Positions 40,819-54,795 of a DNA stretch of 64,000 bases are shown here, one piece after another (within the stretch, counting starts at the first letter, position 1; each line of letters opens with the position of its first letter). Location of the stretch: contig OZ024741.1 in the NCBI GenBank assembly GCA_964016885.1, positions 99,696,001 through 99,760,000 of the forward strand. Reading direction: 5' to 3'. Under the pieces are notes generated by a model. The model was not told where the DNA came from. It saw nothing but the letters and a program-made list of their open reading frames with translations, and ran no database searches. A program made the translations under genes and the position numbers. The DNA is from Eledone cirrhosa (lineage: Eukaryota).

Positions 40819-42121
40819 AAATTACAAAAAAGCCCCGGCTGATGATCTTACTGAAATTAATGAAGAAGTCTACACATTAATTACCAATTTAGGAATAGAA
40901 GGAAGAACCGAGCCATTTTTACCTAGACAGCCCAGGATTAACTTGAAGGATCACAAAAGAAACTTTGAGGAAGAGATGCCAGTTAGACTGACTGCTCCAT
41001 CGAAATCGGATATTGGAGTAATCAGTAAAAACATCATAGATAGAATATTACCCACTCTTAAATTGAGATCTAATTTGAGCTTATGGAAAGATACAAACGA
41101 AGTCATAGAATGGTACAAGAATATCGAAGATAAGAAAACCATAAATTCATCCAGATGGACATTACTAGCTACTATTTTTCCATAACACCTAACCTTCTAA
41201 ATAAGGCTGTTTCATATGCTTATAAGCATACGGGATGAAATAGACATAATACTAACAGCCAGAAGAACTCTTATTAACTTCAACAACGAATATTGGACCC
41301 GCTCAGATAGAGATAGAAACTTTGATATCATTATGGGGGCAGCCGATTCCGCGCAAATCACAGATCTTCTGGGAATTTTCATATTAAATATGATAAATAG
41401 AAAACTGCCGGAGATTACCGGTGGTTTATATAGGGACGACATTTTATTTACCGTGGTCAAACACAACAATATAGAACTAAATAGAGTAAAGAAAAGTATA
41501 ATATAATTCTTTAAACAGTACGACCTTAAGTTAGAAGTAGAAAATGGTACCAAAATAGTTAATTTCCTAGACGTTTCCTTTAACTTAAACACTGGCTTCT
41601 ATTACCCATTTCATAAGCCCAATGAAAACTTAAACTATGTTAGTAACCATTCCAATCACCCTAAATCTGTAAAAAAAAAAGCTATAGTAAATAGTGTGCA
41701 AAAACGAATCAATAACATATCAGCCAATAAAGCTATATTCGATGAAAACGCTGAATACTACAACAACGCGTTAAAAAGAGCCGGATATATGAATAATATA
41801 AAATATGTACATAATAATAATCCAAGTATTAATCTTAATAAAAAGAAAAACTCTAATAATAAAGAAAAACTCTAATAATTATAATTCAAAAACCTATACG
41901 CCAAATAAATCTAGGACAAGAACTAGAACTAAATCAGTCATATGGTTGAACCCCCACTCCCGTCCCCCCAGCTTCGGTCGCAGTCAAAACACCAATTGCA
42001 AAATTATTCTTTAACGCTTTGGACACCTCTTTCCCTACTCAACATAAATACCATTCCATTTTTAATAGACATATCATTAAATTCTCATATTCGACAACGA
42101 TGAACATGGCCCAAACCATTT
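40819..42121 (+). pseudogene. Frameshifted PLE reverse transcriptase
   Basis: NLKDHK, APSKSDIGVISK, MGAADSAQITDLLG, GGLYRDD, VNFLDVSFNL, SNHP, VIWLNP. Confidence 0.9.
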
Positions 42122-42527
42122 GAACTAGTACAGCGTTCCTTTGTCAGTGTTGAACAAATGAGCAACGATGGTTGCTAGACACTGTACAGCTTAATTCGGG
42201 ATGTTTGTTTACAAACACACCGAGCATTATAATAAATGTTCGGTGAATCCATACGTACATATATATATATATGTGAACATGTATGTATATATATATATAC
42301 ATACTACTGTACGCCTGTATACACATATGTATGTATGTATACATACTTATATTTAAGTAACAGCCGTACTAAGAGTGAGAAATGAAATTTCGTTTCATTT
42401 TTCCACTTATCGTTTTCGGTACCCCGCCCTATTAACTCACTCGATATGCAAATTAGGCTGCTCAGCCGTTAATATGCATAAGGAAAGTATATACATTCAG
42501 ACGTTCAACCATCTGGCAGGAAGGTAT

Positions 42528-42570
42528 GCGTTGCTGACGATAGCTAATAAGCTAGAAACTAGTACAGCGT
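42528..42570 (+). ncRNA. Minimal type I hammerhead ribozyme
   Basis: gcgttg-CTGACGA-tagct aata agcta-GAAA-ctag-TA-cagcgt; palindromic stem III, GUA triplet. Confidence 0.88.
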
Positions 42571-42962
42571 TACTTTGTCAATGTTGAACAAATGAGCAAC
42601 GATGGTTGCTAGACACTGTACGGCTTAATTCGGGATATTTGTTTACAAACACACCGAGCATTATAATAAATGTTCGGTGAATCCATACGTACATATATAT
42701 ATATGTGAACATGTATGTATATATATATATATACATACTACTGTACGTCTGTATACGTATATGTATGTACATATACTTACTTATATTTAAGTAACAGCCG
42801 TACTAAGAGTGAGAAATGAAATTTCGTTTCATTTTTTCCACTTATCGTTTTCGGTACCCCGCCCTATTAACTCACTCGATATGCAAATTAGGCTGCTCAG
42901 CCGTTAATATGCATAAGGAAAGTATATACATTCAGACGTTCAGCCATCTGGCAGGAAGGTAT

Positions 42963-43005
42963 GCGTTGCTGACGATAGCTAATAAGCTTGAAACTAGTAC
43001 AGCGT
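42963..43005 (+). ncRNA. Minimal type I hammerhead ribozyme (U.U at base of stem II)
   Basis: Same as 42528-42570 but agctt before GAAA. Confidence 0.8.
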
Positions 43006-43378
43006 TACTTTGTCAATGTTGAACAAATGAGCAACGATGGTTGCTAGACACTGTACGGCTTAATTCGGGATGTTTGTTTACAAACACACTGAGCATTATA
43101 ATAAATGTTCGGTGAATCCATACGTACATATATATATGTGTGCATGTATGTATATATATATACATACTACTGTACGTTTGTATACATATATGTATGTACG
43201 TATACATAGTTATATTTAAGTAACAGCCGTACTAAGATTGAGAAATGAAATTTCGTTTCATTTTTTCCGTTTATCGTTTTCGGTACCTCGGCCGATTAAC
43301 TCACTCGAAATGCATATTAGGCTGCTCAGCCGTCTGTATATATATATGTATGTACGTATACATGCTTATATATATATA

Positions 43379-43575
43379 GGAAAATGTTTAACCCCGACGG
43401 CAGAGCTCTAGCCGTTTCGACGGCTATTTCTAGACCACTCTACTACACTAAGTATTGAGTACTGTGGTGCGTTATGATCCATCTGGTTCCTTACCAAACC
43501 TCTTTCGTTATATATATATATATAAATAGCCGTCGAAACGGCTAGAGCTCTGCCGTCGGGGTTAAATATTTTCCT
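43379..43575. mobile_element. Fold-back fragment, same family as 26994-27250
   Basis: About 50-bp terminal inverted repeats (ggaaaatgtttaaccccgacggcagagctc...); the interior is the reverse complement of about 26994-27065. Confidence 0.75.
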
Positions 43576-43651
43576 ATATATATATATATATATACATATA
43601 TACATATATACATGCATACATACATACATACAATACATACATACATACGTA

Positions 43652-44031
43652 CAAAGAGTACTGGTGGAATGTTCCAGTCAAAACCACAATAACAGACCAG
43701 ATATAACGATATGGGATAGGGAAAAGAAGGCATGAGCAGAAGTGGAAGTTAGCCTCCCAGCAGATGCCAATATAATATTAAATATTAGCGAAAAGGAGAA
43801 TATCTATGCAGAACTAATGACAAATCTGGAGATACTCAACCCTGACTATACCTTCAGGTTTATACCTGTGATTATTGGGAACTGGGATATGTTAGTAACT
43901 GCCTCACTATAAATCTTGAGAAACTGGGCTTCACAGAACAGAAAGAACACGACTAGTTAGAAGATTACATTTACAATCCATTAATGTGAACAGTAAAAGT
44001 ATGTAAGACATTCCAAAAATTCTGCATCTAA
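43652..44031 (+). pseudogene. 3' fragment of an RLE-type non-LTR retrotransposon (restriction-like endonuclease)
   Basis: EYWWNVPVKT, NRPDITIWD, EVS.PAD, EKENIYAEL, FIPVIIG; follows a (TACA)n tract. Confidence 0.75.
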
Positions 44032-44339
44032 TAACTGCATGTACTCATGAACAGATATAAAGCATACGTAAATGCACACATATAACTCAAAACATCCACA
44101 TCCACACATACAACAACCTCCATACCTCCATACACATATATGCATGCAGACATGCATACATATCTACCTAGTTGATGTTGTGTAAATTCCAATGAGAGAG
44201 TCTTGTATCTATGTTAGAAACCGACTCATTCTCTATCTCACAGACGATTGCTTCTTCATTGCCCCCCCCCCCCCCCCCCCCGTATATGAAATCGTAGATG
44301 TCTTTTTATAGCAGTTGCGCAGATCTGCATGGGTTGTGA

Positions 44340-45024
44340 AAGAGTTGACAGAAGAGAGTTTTGCTTTCAACAGGATTGGCGGGGTCATTTTGTTGGATAC
44401 AATCTTTATCTACCAAAATGTTTTCATTTTTAGTCTGGAACTAGTTCTATACACTTTGCTGCATATCATCCATATGGTTTCACAAGGTCTTTGTTGCGTG
44501 GTGTTGCCGGAGATTGCTCTTTCTTGTGACTGCATGTGATTAACGTAACCAGCTTTTGAGAGGAGTGCATTTGACATAATCGCATGTCCAACAAGAGATG
44601 TTTTCCTCCGGAATGTGAGCATAACACTTTCGGAGCTGTTGCTTCAGTTGTTTATGCTCTAGGCGACATTCTTCAAACCTTTTCCAACTGCTTTTTCTGC
44701 TGCTTTCTCCACTCAGCCCTATTTAGAGCTATTTCTTCCCAGTTGTCTATATAAGATGCAAGCTATTTGAGGTTGTTATTGATGCTGTCGTTGTACTACA
44801 TTTTCGATTGGTGTTGAGGCATTTTCCCAAGTTGAAGCTCACAGTTGTTTTAGGATACTGCTTGGATTCATACGGACGTTATGTCATGTCCAACGCATTT
44901 GAGAAGATGTTATTAGGGATCCAATGCTTGGACATTCCGCTTTGACAAGGACATCGATATCAGAAGTTTTGTCTTGGCACTTGTTATTGAATATGTGGCT
45001 TAGATATTTCTGCTGAAAACGCTC
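44340..45024 (-). pseudogene. RTE-clade LINE 3' fragment
   Basis: Minus strand: ERFQQKYLSHIF..CQDK..DVL.KAECPSI....SQMRW..HNVRM, NWEEIALNRAEWRK, SKAGYVNH. Confidence 0.7.
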
Positions 45025-45089
45025 AAGCAGTCGTGCGTGCCGGATGGCATGTATCTCTGGAGACGCACCTAAGCAATGGCAATCGGCTG

Positions 45090-45850
45090 AAGCTTGCAGT
45101 CGACATAGTGTTATTTAACTCAACAGAAGGTGATCGCCGACTTGCTCTTGATAAGTTTGATGTCGAGTATTGTATGGCTGGAATGAAAATCAATGCTGCG
45201 AACACTGAGACACTCTTCCTTTCAAGGAAGCCTGTGCAGTACACTCTCCATATAAATGGAGTTCAACTGAAGTAGATGGAGGATTTCCAGTATCTAGGGA
45301 CCGTGTGATGGAAGGCAGGAGGCTGAATTAAGTGCAAAAATTGAAGGGGCTGGTGCAGTAAATGCACCAGCTTCAACATTCAGTAATGAGAAGGGAGGTA
45401 TGTTTAAAAGCCAAACTTACTATCTTCAATTCGATATTGCTGTAAACCCTTACATATGGTCATGAATATTGGGTAATGAACGAAAGAATACGATCGCGAA
45501 TACAAGCGGCCGAGATGGTGTTCCTCAGAACGTTAATCGATAGAGGGCGTATCTCGGATATCAGACAATCACCCTGTATATAGGTGCAAATTCTCGAATA
45601 GAGAGATCACGGCTCAGTTACAATGGGCAAACTGTGTGAATCGCTGGACAGATTTTACGGGCAGAACCATCCGGCAGGAGACCCAGGGATAGATCCCAAG
45701 CAAGACGATTGGATAACATTCATGAGCTTGGCTGATCTCACTTGGGGATGCAGCCGCATCGCTTGTAACGGTTGCTTGTGATAGGACTCTTGGGTTGATT
45801 GTTCAAGGACTCTTCCCCACGAATCTCTCACCAACAATTGAGTGAAGCAA
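45090..45850 (+). pseudogene. RTE-clade LINE 3' fragment (different family)
   Basis: AGMKINAANTE, FQYLG, KAKLTIFNSI, LTYGHEYWVMNERIRSRIQAAEMVFLR. Confidence 0.8.
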
Positions 45851-45853
45851 AGA

Positions 45854-45903
<50 letters not shown>

Positions 45904-47201
45904 GTGTGTGTGTGTGTGTGCTTGTCTGTATGTGTTTGAGTTTGTCTGTCAGTATATATATATATATTGAGGGTCTGTGGTTCGGGGACCCTGGACAACA
46001 CAAATCCGGTTAGTATTCAATGCATGGTAGGATCCAGATGCAGTTTGGGTATATTAAAGAGACGCTGGTCACAATTTGAAACCACCCGAGCTCGCGGTCA
46101 AATCTCCGTTTGATTAATATATATATGGATATTTTATTCGATTTACAGAAACGTTTTCTTATTCATCCTAAACCAATTATTTCCACTGAAGAGAGAAACG
46201 TTAAGACTTTTCACAAAAATTATTGATTTTTATAACCACCACTAGTGTTTATTTTCGACAATAACATTTCATATGCAAATATTAGCCCAATATTTCTGAA
46301 ATTATTTCCTCGATCAACATTTCATATGAAGAGAACTGTTGCGCAGTACTTTTTATTACTTTCATTTTGGGGAGATTATTTTTCAGTGATGTTTTCTATT
46401 TGCTTTTTTTTGTTTTACCGAATAAATTACCAATTCGCCATTAAAAAAATTATTGCAAACGAAATAAAGAGAAAAAAAAAATAAATCGCCATTCAAAATA
46501 ATTATTAAGAATAGCGGTAGTTGAAGCTCATATATTTTGGGAGGTCGCATAAAATAGACATAACCACTAAACAACTGTTGAGGTCATTTTGTAAAATATT
46601 GATTTTCATTTTAGACAAGAGCAAACACTCGCTTAGGATTTTGTATGATAAATCGAATCAGGTTACGTTAATGCTATTCGAAAGAGCAATAACAATGTAA
46701 ATAAACAGAAGTAAATACCACTCAGTGGAAGTACGAAAGGTAATGTGAACCCATGACAGATATGTATCCATAATAAATAAACTAAATCCAGTAAGACATC
46801 TATTTCAGCGTTTAAAGCCATAGTGGTCTGTGTGGATAGGAATCTAAACAACTACATTTGTAACCATAAACACTCTGTGCGTCTAAGCCTTTAAGTAGTT
46901 TCCACGGGCTAGAATGCCTCGGTACGATAAGCAGCGGAAATAATCTAACAGGGAGAAGTCTTGGTAAATCAATGTACAGCGTGTGTGATTTTAGGTAGGT
47001 TTGACGGATGACTAAATTTCACAAAAGTCGACCTCTCTTTTGTTTGAATATAAAGAGTTCCAGAAAATCCCACGGGAATAAATGATTGGATGAGTACAGC
47101 GTCCTCCAATTAAACTTACCCTGAATATAATTATAATTAACTATTCTAATCTTCACTATTTCAACTCGAAAGTTTTCAAAATGCAGGTATTGTTATACAA
47201 T

Positions 47202-47303
<102 letters not shown>

Positions 47304-47918
47304 GTGTATATGTGTGTGTGTGAAAACGTCTCACTTTCCACAAAACAACCTTAAACTTCGCTTTCTGTAGGGGAAATCAATTTTCTACTCAGTTTTCTCA
47401 GCAAAGACGCCACTAAGGGTGGTTGTTTTTCGGAAAGATGAACGAAAAATATATGTTACAAACAGCTCTGGTAATATATTGATGGGAGCTTGGGTAAAGG
47501 ACATAATCAAAACCATATAATAGATCGAAATATTGCATGCGATCATCGTTAATCAATCTCAATTTATCAGCATTACTCAGCTGTTTTGTGTTCTTGGTTT
47601 GCTGCAATCCGTCCTTGCTTATGGAGAAATGTTATGAAAGAGATTCGTTCTTTACATTCAGACATAGTTTAATATCACTTGTATTGTATTTAACATGTCC
47701 ACCATGTGTTAAGACAACATGCTGTGATATGCTTTTAGGTTTAGCTGCATTTTGTAGCAGGGCTAACATTTTTGCAGAGGTTTGCACGATATATAGTCTA
47801 AATCTCAGCAAAATCTGATTTCGCCTATTGTCATCATCGCTTACATCGTCGTAGTCGCTGTCGTCGTCATCATCCTCCTCCTCATCATCATCGTCATCAT
47901 CATCATCATCGTCGTCGC

Positions 47919-47963
<45 letters not shown>

Positions 47964-48772
47964 TATCATAATTATTTTCTTCAATGATGAAAAACTATTA
48001 ACTTCACAATTTTAATCGGTTCATCATTTTTCCCTTCGTTCCTCTCCCGCTCTTTATCATCACCTGAATGATCAGCAAGAAAAACGATTAACGATGTAAA
48101 CAACACATTTATCATTGTCCACATTGACATTATGCCAGTATCCCTATTATTTTTAGTTAATTAATAGTGCCACAAGGAACCATTAAGATATATTTGTTGC
48201 TAACAAATTAAAAAAAAATATATTCAGCGTCACATTCGTTCTTTGCCAGATAAAATTCTTTTTAGCCCAAGGTCTACACCAAGTTGCAGCCATAAAAATT
48301 GTGTCTATCCTTTTGGAATATTGTATCAAGGAATATATGATCCATGTGACCTTTTTCGTGAGGATATTATGTAGATATATCAGGTTGAAAGACCATGTAG
48401 AACCTCTCTGGTTGTAAGTTACGACAATTCATTATTTCTCATTCATTGAAATTCTACTTTAAATTCCGGAGTTATAACTGTGTAGCAATTAACTTCATGT
48501 GAAAAACATTGCCAGTCCTGGTCATTGTTTAAAACAGACATACGTATATAACGTTTTATTCATTTTGTTACATCTTAAAGACAAGATTATATGAAATAAA
48601 ATGTTCACTGACTCTATTATGTAATAGTGTCAATAACCAGGTAGTAGATATATGACGAAAATAATTGTCACTTAATATAATATTAAGCTAGCAAAAATCA
48701 ATCAATATAAATGTGAATATGACGGTATATTTGTTATTCAAAGTAATATCATCGAAAATAATATTTACACAT

Positions 48773-49625
<853 letters not shown>

Positions 49626-49628
49626 TAA

Positions 49629-49997
49629 ATAGCACGGAAAATATATTTTTTAGGGTTTGTTTTTCCTTTTTTTCCTTTCTTTGATTTGTCAAAGTGACAT
49701 TATTGACAAGATGACATTATTGAAAAAATGAGGTTTTTAATGTATATAAAGTATTACCGGTTTCGATTATTATTAAAATTCATCTCATCAAATGTTGAGG
49801 GTTACAATTAAAAAAATTTATAAGAATTAAAAACTAAAAATTAAAGATTTAAAATTAAGTGTTGGAATACATTTTATTTTTCCCGTCTTCCTTGCTTTTT
49901 TCAATATTGTGATCTCTTCAATAATGTCAATTTGACAAATCAAAGAAAGTAAAAAAAAGGAAGACAGACCCTAAAATATATATTTTCTGTGCTATTT
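49629..49997 (-). mobile_element. Decayed fold-back PLE-type element with degenerate hammerhead
   Basis: About 100-bp IR at 49629-49730 and 49895-49997; minus strand 49751-49795 reads TTGATGA-gat..atc-GAAA-ccgg-TA. Confidence 0.65.
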
Positions 49998-50031
49998 CTT
50001 GTTTTGTATAGAACCTTACTTCGCTTTTCGA

Positions 50032-50110
<79 letters not shown>

Positions 50111-50143
50111 CGTGTGTATGTATGTGTGTGTGTGTATGTGTGT

Positions 50144-50235
<92 letters not shown>

Positions 50236-51039
50236 CTTTTGTTCCTATTCTATGCTCTTTTTCCAGGTCCTCAGTGATAGGAACATATATTTATTCCATG
50301 TATATATCTGTCTAAGAATGATCGATGTACTGCAAGATTATTTTGTCGAGATCGGGAGCTCACTGATCACACCATTTTGTGTTGATATTATCTGCCGCTC
50401 TCTATCTAACGCTGACTGGGATAAATAATTCGAAGAAATAAACGTAATTGACATTTTTTCTGTTAATCCATGTAATTTCAGATTTGACCCCTACAAAAAT
50501 TAGTACATGTCGTTGGTATATATGCCTCTAACATTCTCTTCATCAGGCTTTGTCAGGAAGACAATATTCTCTGTGACAAGTGAACACATGACTGTTGATC
50601 ATGTGTGGTTGAATATAAACCGGATAAAAGAAACGTTTGCATATATATCAACCCGGTCAATATAGTCTCTCGGGAAGATTAATAGTTCCTCAAAATATGC
50701 TTATATATATATATATATATATATATACTAGCAGTTTAGTCCGGCGTTGCTCGGGTTTGTTCATTTGCTATGAAAAGTTACATACAGGTAAACGTGGTTT
50801 GAAAGCGAATAAGCTTATCAATTAAGTGCATAAAGCAGTTGAACCGGCTATTAAAAGTTACGAACCAATTAGCATTTTGGTCAATCAATGATGGGTTAAT
50901 AATCTTCCAATAGCGAATTTAGTAGACCGGGAATTGTGATCGCCGGAAATCGAACGGGATATCTGACGCCGAGGGGAAAAGGTTCATCCTTGGAATGAAA
51001 ACATTCTCCCCTCTTCCGCACCCAGTTACAATGGTGGCC

Positions 51040-51638
51040 TCAATCAAGTGACTTGACAACCATGCGAGTACCGTTGCACTGCTTTGGTGGACGCAAGTTC
51101 CTTATTAGCATAATGGGACAGCCAACCCTAAGTTTAATAATGTGAGGTGGGAACCCTGGGGCTCAAGGAGATTTAATAACTCAACCGGATAATTAACGAT
51201 ATCGTCGGAGTCTGATTTGAAGATGTGCTCTTTACCGGGAATCTTCTCAATCAGCTGCTCGTTAATAAAATTAACCATGGTATTTTTCGGAGCAAGGATG
51301 GCTATTTCGCTGAGCCAATCGAGGTTTTTAAAGTTAGATGAGACATTAGGAAAAACTGCATCCCAAAGGTCAGAAGGGCTGCTCACAATGTTGCACAGGG
51401 TGTCGACTGCTATGCCGCCCTTGTCATCCGCACCAAGTACTAAAATGTTCTGTGCTGCAGACATGTTGTCACCATGCAAATGAGCACGCATATTTGTGCT
51501 CAGGTACAAACTATTCACCTGGAGCCACAACATGGACGACTTAAGACAGGCACGCACTTCATCAGCTCTTGTCCATTTGGGGATGACAGGCAGCGTTTTC
51601 CGAAAATCCCCTGATAGCAGAAGGATTACGCCACCCAT
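51040..51638 (-). pseudogene. Helitron PIF1 helicase continuation (frameshifted)
   Basis: GGVILLLSGDFRKTLPV, LSTNMR, AILAPKN, YPVELLN; then RNL....CNGTR in another frame. Confidence 0.88.
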
Positions 51639-52717
51639 AGGAACGTAGAATCCCTAATGTCTTTCCGGGCCATGTCCAATGCCTCAAGGGCACCCTTGTG
51701 TGCCATTGTGCACTCATCCCAAACAATGAGGCAACATCTTTTGAGAACCATAGCTTTGTGTGAACTCTTGCTGATATTGCATGTTGGTGTCTCAGTTTTT
51801 ACTAAATCCAAAGGGAGTTTAAAGGTTGAATGTGCTGTCCTGCCTCCCGGCAGCAAAGTAGCAGCAATCCCGGACGATGCAACGGACAACGCAACCTTTT
51901 TCTCCTGACGAATCTTAGCGAGAATTAAATTCGTTACAAAAGTTTTTCCAGTACCCCCAGGATCGTTTTTTATTTGGGGATCAGGGTTTTTTGTTTTTGA
52001 CCTTGAGGTATAACCAGTCAGTAGTTTCTTCAAAGGCTCTGGCGGTTCCGTAAGAGGGGGCAAGGTGACTTTACCGTTTAAGCAGCACATTGCAGGTGGC
52101 TCCCCATCCCACTTTGTAGCATTGCAGAATTGGCAATTGAAGCGCATCTCGCCTATATTTATGTCAGAGCGCATCGAGTAATTAACGTTTTGCTCATACT
52201 TGAAAGCCCGTAGGTGCCAGTAAGGGCTGTTGGGGCTCGTCACACCGCGTGCAGCTTCTCGCCGTCGACTGTTACGCTTGAACGTAGAACATTGGTCGTA
52301 TGGTTGGTGGGAAGCAATAGCAGAAGCAACATTTGCAATGCTAATGGACCGCCCGTCTGCATCTTCAGAAGCCATGGAAGTAGTCATAGCCGCAGCGTTC
52401 GTAGGAAGGCGATTCGTCCGTTGTTTTAAACGTTCCAAAGACCTGGAAGCAGCATTAGTCGCATCGTTTCTAGCCAGGCGCTTCGACCTTTGTTCACGGC
52501 TCTCTGAAGCCTTTGAAGAAGCCTGGTATGAAGCCATTTTGGCTAGGCGTGCGGTGCGCTGTTGGAAACTTTCAGCGGCTCGACATTCTGCTGAACATAA
52601 GGCTGTCTGTGAAAGTCTTGAAGCATTTTCCTCAGAGGACTCGTTTGCTATAGTAGCCTTTTGCGTCACTGCTGACGCGGTATGTTGACTGAGGCGACTT
52701 CTCTTTTTAGGTGGCAT
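51626..52717 (-). pseudogene. Helitron RepHel N-terminus and zinc finger fused in frame to PIF1-type helicase (Rep/HUH domain absent)
   Basis: ES..QR..RL repeats, CQFCNATKW..E...CCLNGKV, then directly PGGTGKTF, VASSGIAATLLPGGRTAHS and IVWDECTM. Confidence 0.9.
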
Positions 52718-53085
52718 TTTATGTCCAAAAGAAAGGGTGAAAGTTACTTCTACAGAAAAATTGACTTTGAAAGTCTACTGTCTGTTTATGAATATTGTTA
52801 TTGTTGTTGTGATACAGATGTTAGTAAGTAAATGGGTATCGAAAAATAAAGGGTGAAAGTTACTTCAACATAAAAATTGACTTTGAAAGTATAAGGCTGA
52901 TAATTGAATGCAAAAAGATTGATAAGAAAGGCCCCCCAAAAAAATTTACAGGTATTTGTATGTATGTGTGTATATGTATGTATGTGTGTATATGTATGTA
53001 TGTGTGTATGAAAGTGTAAGGCCGATGTGTGTGTAAATTAAGTGACAGGTATTTGTATGTATGTGTGTATATGTATGTATGTGTG

Positions 53086-53117
<32 letters not shown>

Positions 53118-53954
53118 TGTATGTATGTATGTATGTATGTATGTATTATGTATGTATGTATGTATTAAAGGTTGAAAGTTACTTCAACATAAAAATTGAC
53201 TGAAAGTATAAGGCTGATAATTGAATGTAAAAAGATTGATAAGAAAGGCCCCCCAAAAAAACTTTACAGGTCTTTGTATGTATGTGTGTATTTTTATGTC
53301 GAAAAGAAAGGGTTAAAGTTACTTCTACAGAAAAATATAGTTTGAAAGTGTAAGGCCGATTGAAAAACTTACAGTTTAGTAAATGAAAGTCAGCTTCGAA
53401 ATCGAGTTTGAACGCGCTAATACAAACACACACACATATATCCGTCTTTTAGTGTGTCTTTTTGTTTCTCTCTCCCTCTTTATCATTATATCCCTCTTTA
53501 TCATAATATGCTATTGTTATTTCTAAAACAAACTGTGTATGCGTTGATTGAAATTCCCGCGTTCCTGTTTCTATGACGTCAATCGTAACCATACCAACAT
53601 ATATGTGTGTGTATGCACCCACATATATGTGTGTATATGTTTTTTTCAATGTTTCTCTTTTTCACAAACACTTATAAGATAAGGTAGCAATTTTAAGGGG
53701 AGGTGATGCAGGGAGTAGATATAGGAAATGTATATCATATGAGAGAGGAGAAATCATCGATTGTTGAAATAAATCGATTTTTCCGTAATTGGGGCATTTT
53801 TTACCCAATAAGTTCGCCCATGACCCAAGTTAGAATATTTGTAAACATTCTGCTTAATTATTCATTCAATATTTTTGGAATTGTGTAAATGTATAAAATT
53901 GAAACATACATACAGACACACAAATCTGCCTTTTATAGATAATGATATATATAT

Positions 53955-54284
53955 AAAACATTTGAAGAAAGAAGAATACTGTGTGGTTTGCACATGGGTT
54001 ACATATGATAAAAATAGTACTTCGTCAGTGATTTTGCAGCCATCATTGGTATTTCATCGCATTAAAAATCAGATACCTCAGGTTGGTGCGAGCAATAACT
54101 AAAACAAGTTATTGGGACCAGAATTCGCGTAAGGCGAGGGGGACAAGTAAACAACATAGAAGGATTAAAAGCAAACCGAAGATAGGAAAATAAACAAGCA
54201 ACATGGTGTCCGGTCAGCATAAGGTGGGTGGATTTCATGACCGAGAGAGGTACAAACCGTGTTGATGTGTGTGAGATGTGAGCA

Positions 54285-54287
<3 letters not shown>
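53955..54287 (-). mobile_element. Diverged copy of the ~510-bp permuted-hammerhead family
   Basis: Reverse complement aligns with the 30466 unit; motif at 54016-54077 reads ggta-TC-tgatttt..GAAA-tacc..aaaatca-CTGACGA. Confidence 0.75.
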
Positions 54288-54349
<62 letters not shown>

Positions 54350-54350
<1 letters not shown>

Positions 54351-54764
54351 TCCCCGAATGTATTCAGATCTTATCAATTCCTTCATTTTTTGTTCTTAAT
54401 GTCATCAGCCTCCAGAACACCCAAATACTTGGATCCTTCTTCAGTGTCAATTTCCTTTTGTCATCTCACCTGATGGTACCTAGATTCCGTTGCTTCTGCT
54501 TAATTTACCCCTCTTCATCACAAGGACTCCACACTTACTAATACCAAATTACATACATATGTTATTGCTGAAAATACGGACTGTGTCAACAAGCACATCC
54601 AACTCCTTCACACTCTTCCCGAAGAGCTTAAGATAGTGAAGGTGATTGATGGTAAGCCCTCCCTTTGCCAACATGTTTCCTCCTCTCACTTTTCGCAGTA
54701 TAATGGTCATAATGGTCAGGGGCATCAGGGCAAGGACAAACAACAGAGGGGATAGAGTATATCC

Positions 54765-54765
<1 letters not shown>
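54350..54765 (-). mobile_element. R4/Dong-type LINE internal RT fragment (copy A)
   Basis: LSPLLFVLALMPL...LKLFGKS; bounded by (TA)n and (TAA)n. Confidence 0.85.

Positions 54766-54795
<30 letters not shown>

Larger units (their letters stand above)
38737..42121 (+). mobile_element. Naiad-like PLE: ~2-kb inverted 3' end (38737-40818) joined to sense RT region
   Basis: Minus strand about 40684-40818 reads LLIINNYETLINKKSELFSSCPHK (endonuclease C-terminus) and continues to a pseudo-LTR/HHR homologous to 38345-38550; the plus strand from 40819 encodes RT. Confidence 0.8.
42122..43333 (+). mobile_element. Retrozyme-like tandem array, ~2.8 x 435-bp monomers
   Basis: actagtacagcgtt at about 42124, 42558 and 42993; an HHR spans each unit junction. 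Confidence 0.88.
50728..53945 (-). mobile_element. Non-autonomous Helitron (internal deletion)
   Basis: Minus-strand 5' TC (tcattatctataaaaggc), 3' GC-rich hairpin (cccgagcaacgccgg) followed by CTAG, inserted at an AT site; RepHel remnants inside. Confidence 0.92.

Noticed and set aside
46033-46105. GAAA-cc...gg-TC with upstream cagatgc
   Set aside because: Two core mismatches and a poor stem I; cannot be supported without other copies.
47830-47970. Poly-Asp-like frame on the minus strand
   Set aside because: Degenerate (CAT)n microsatellite.
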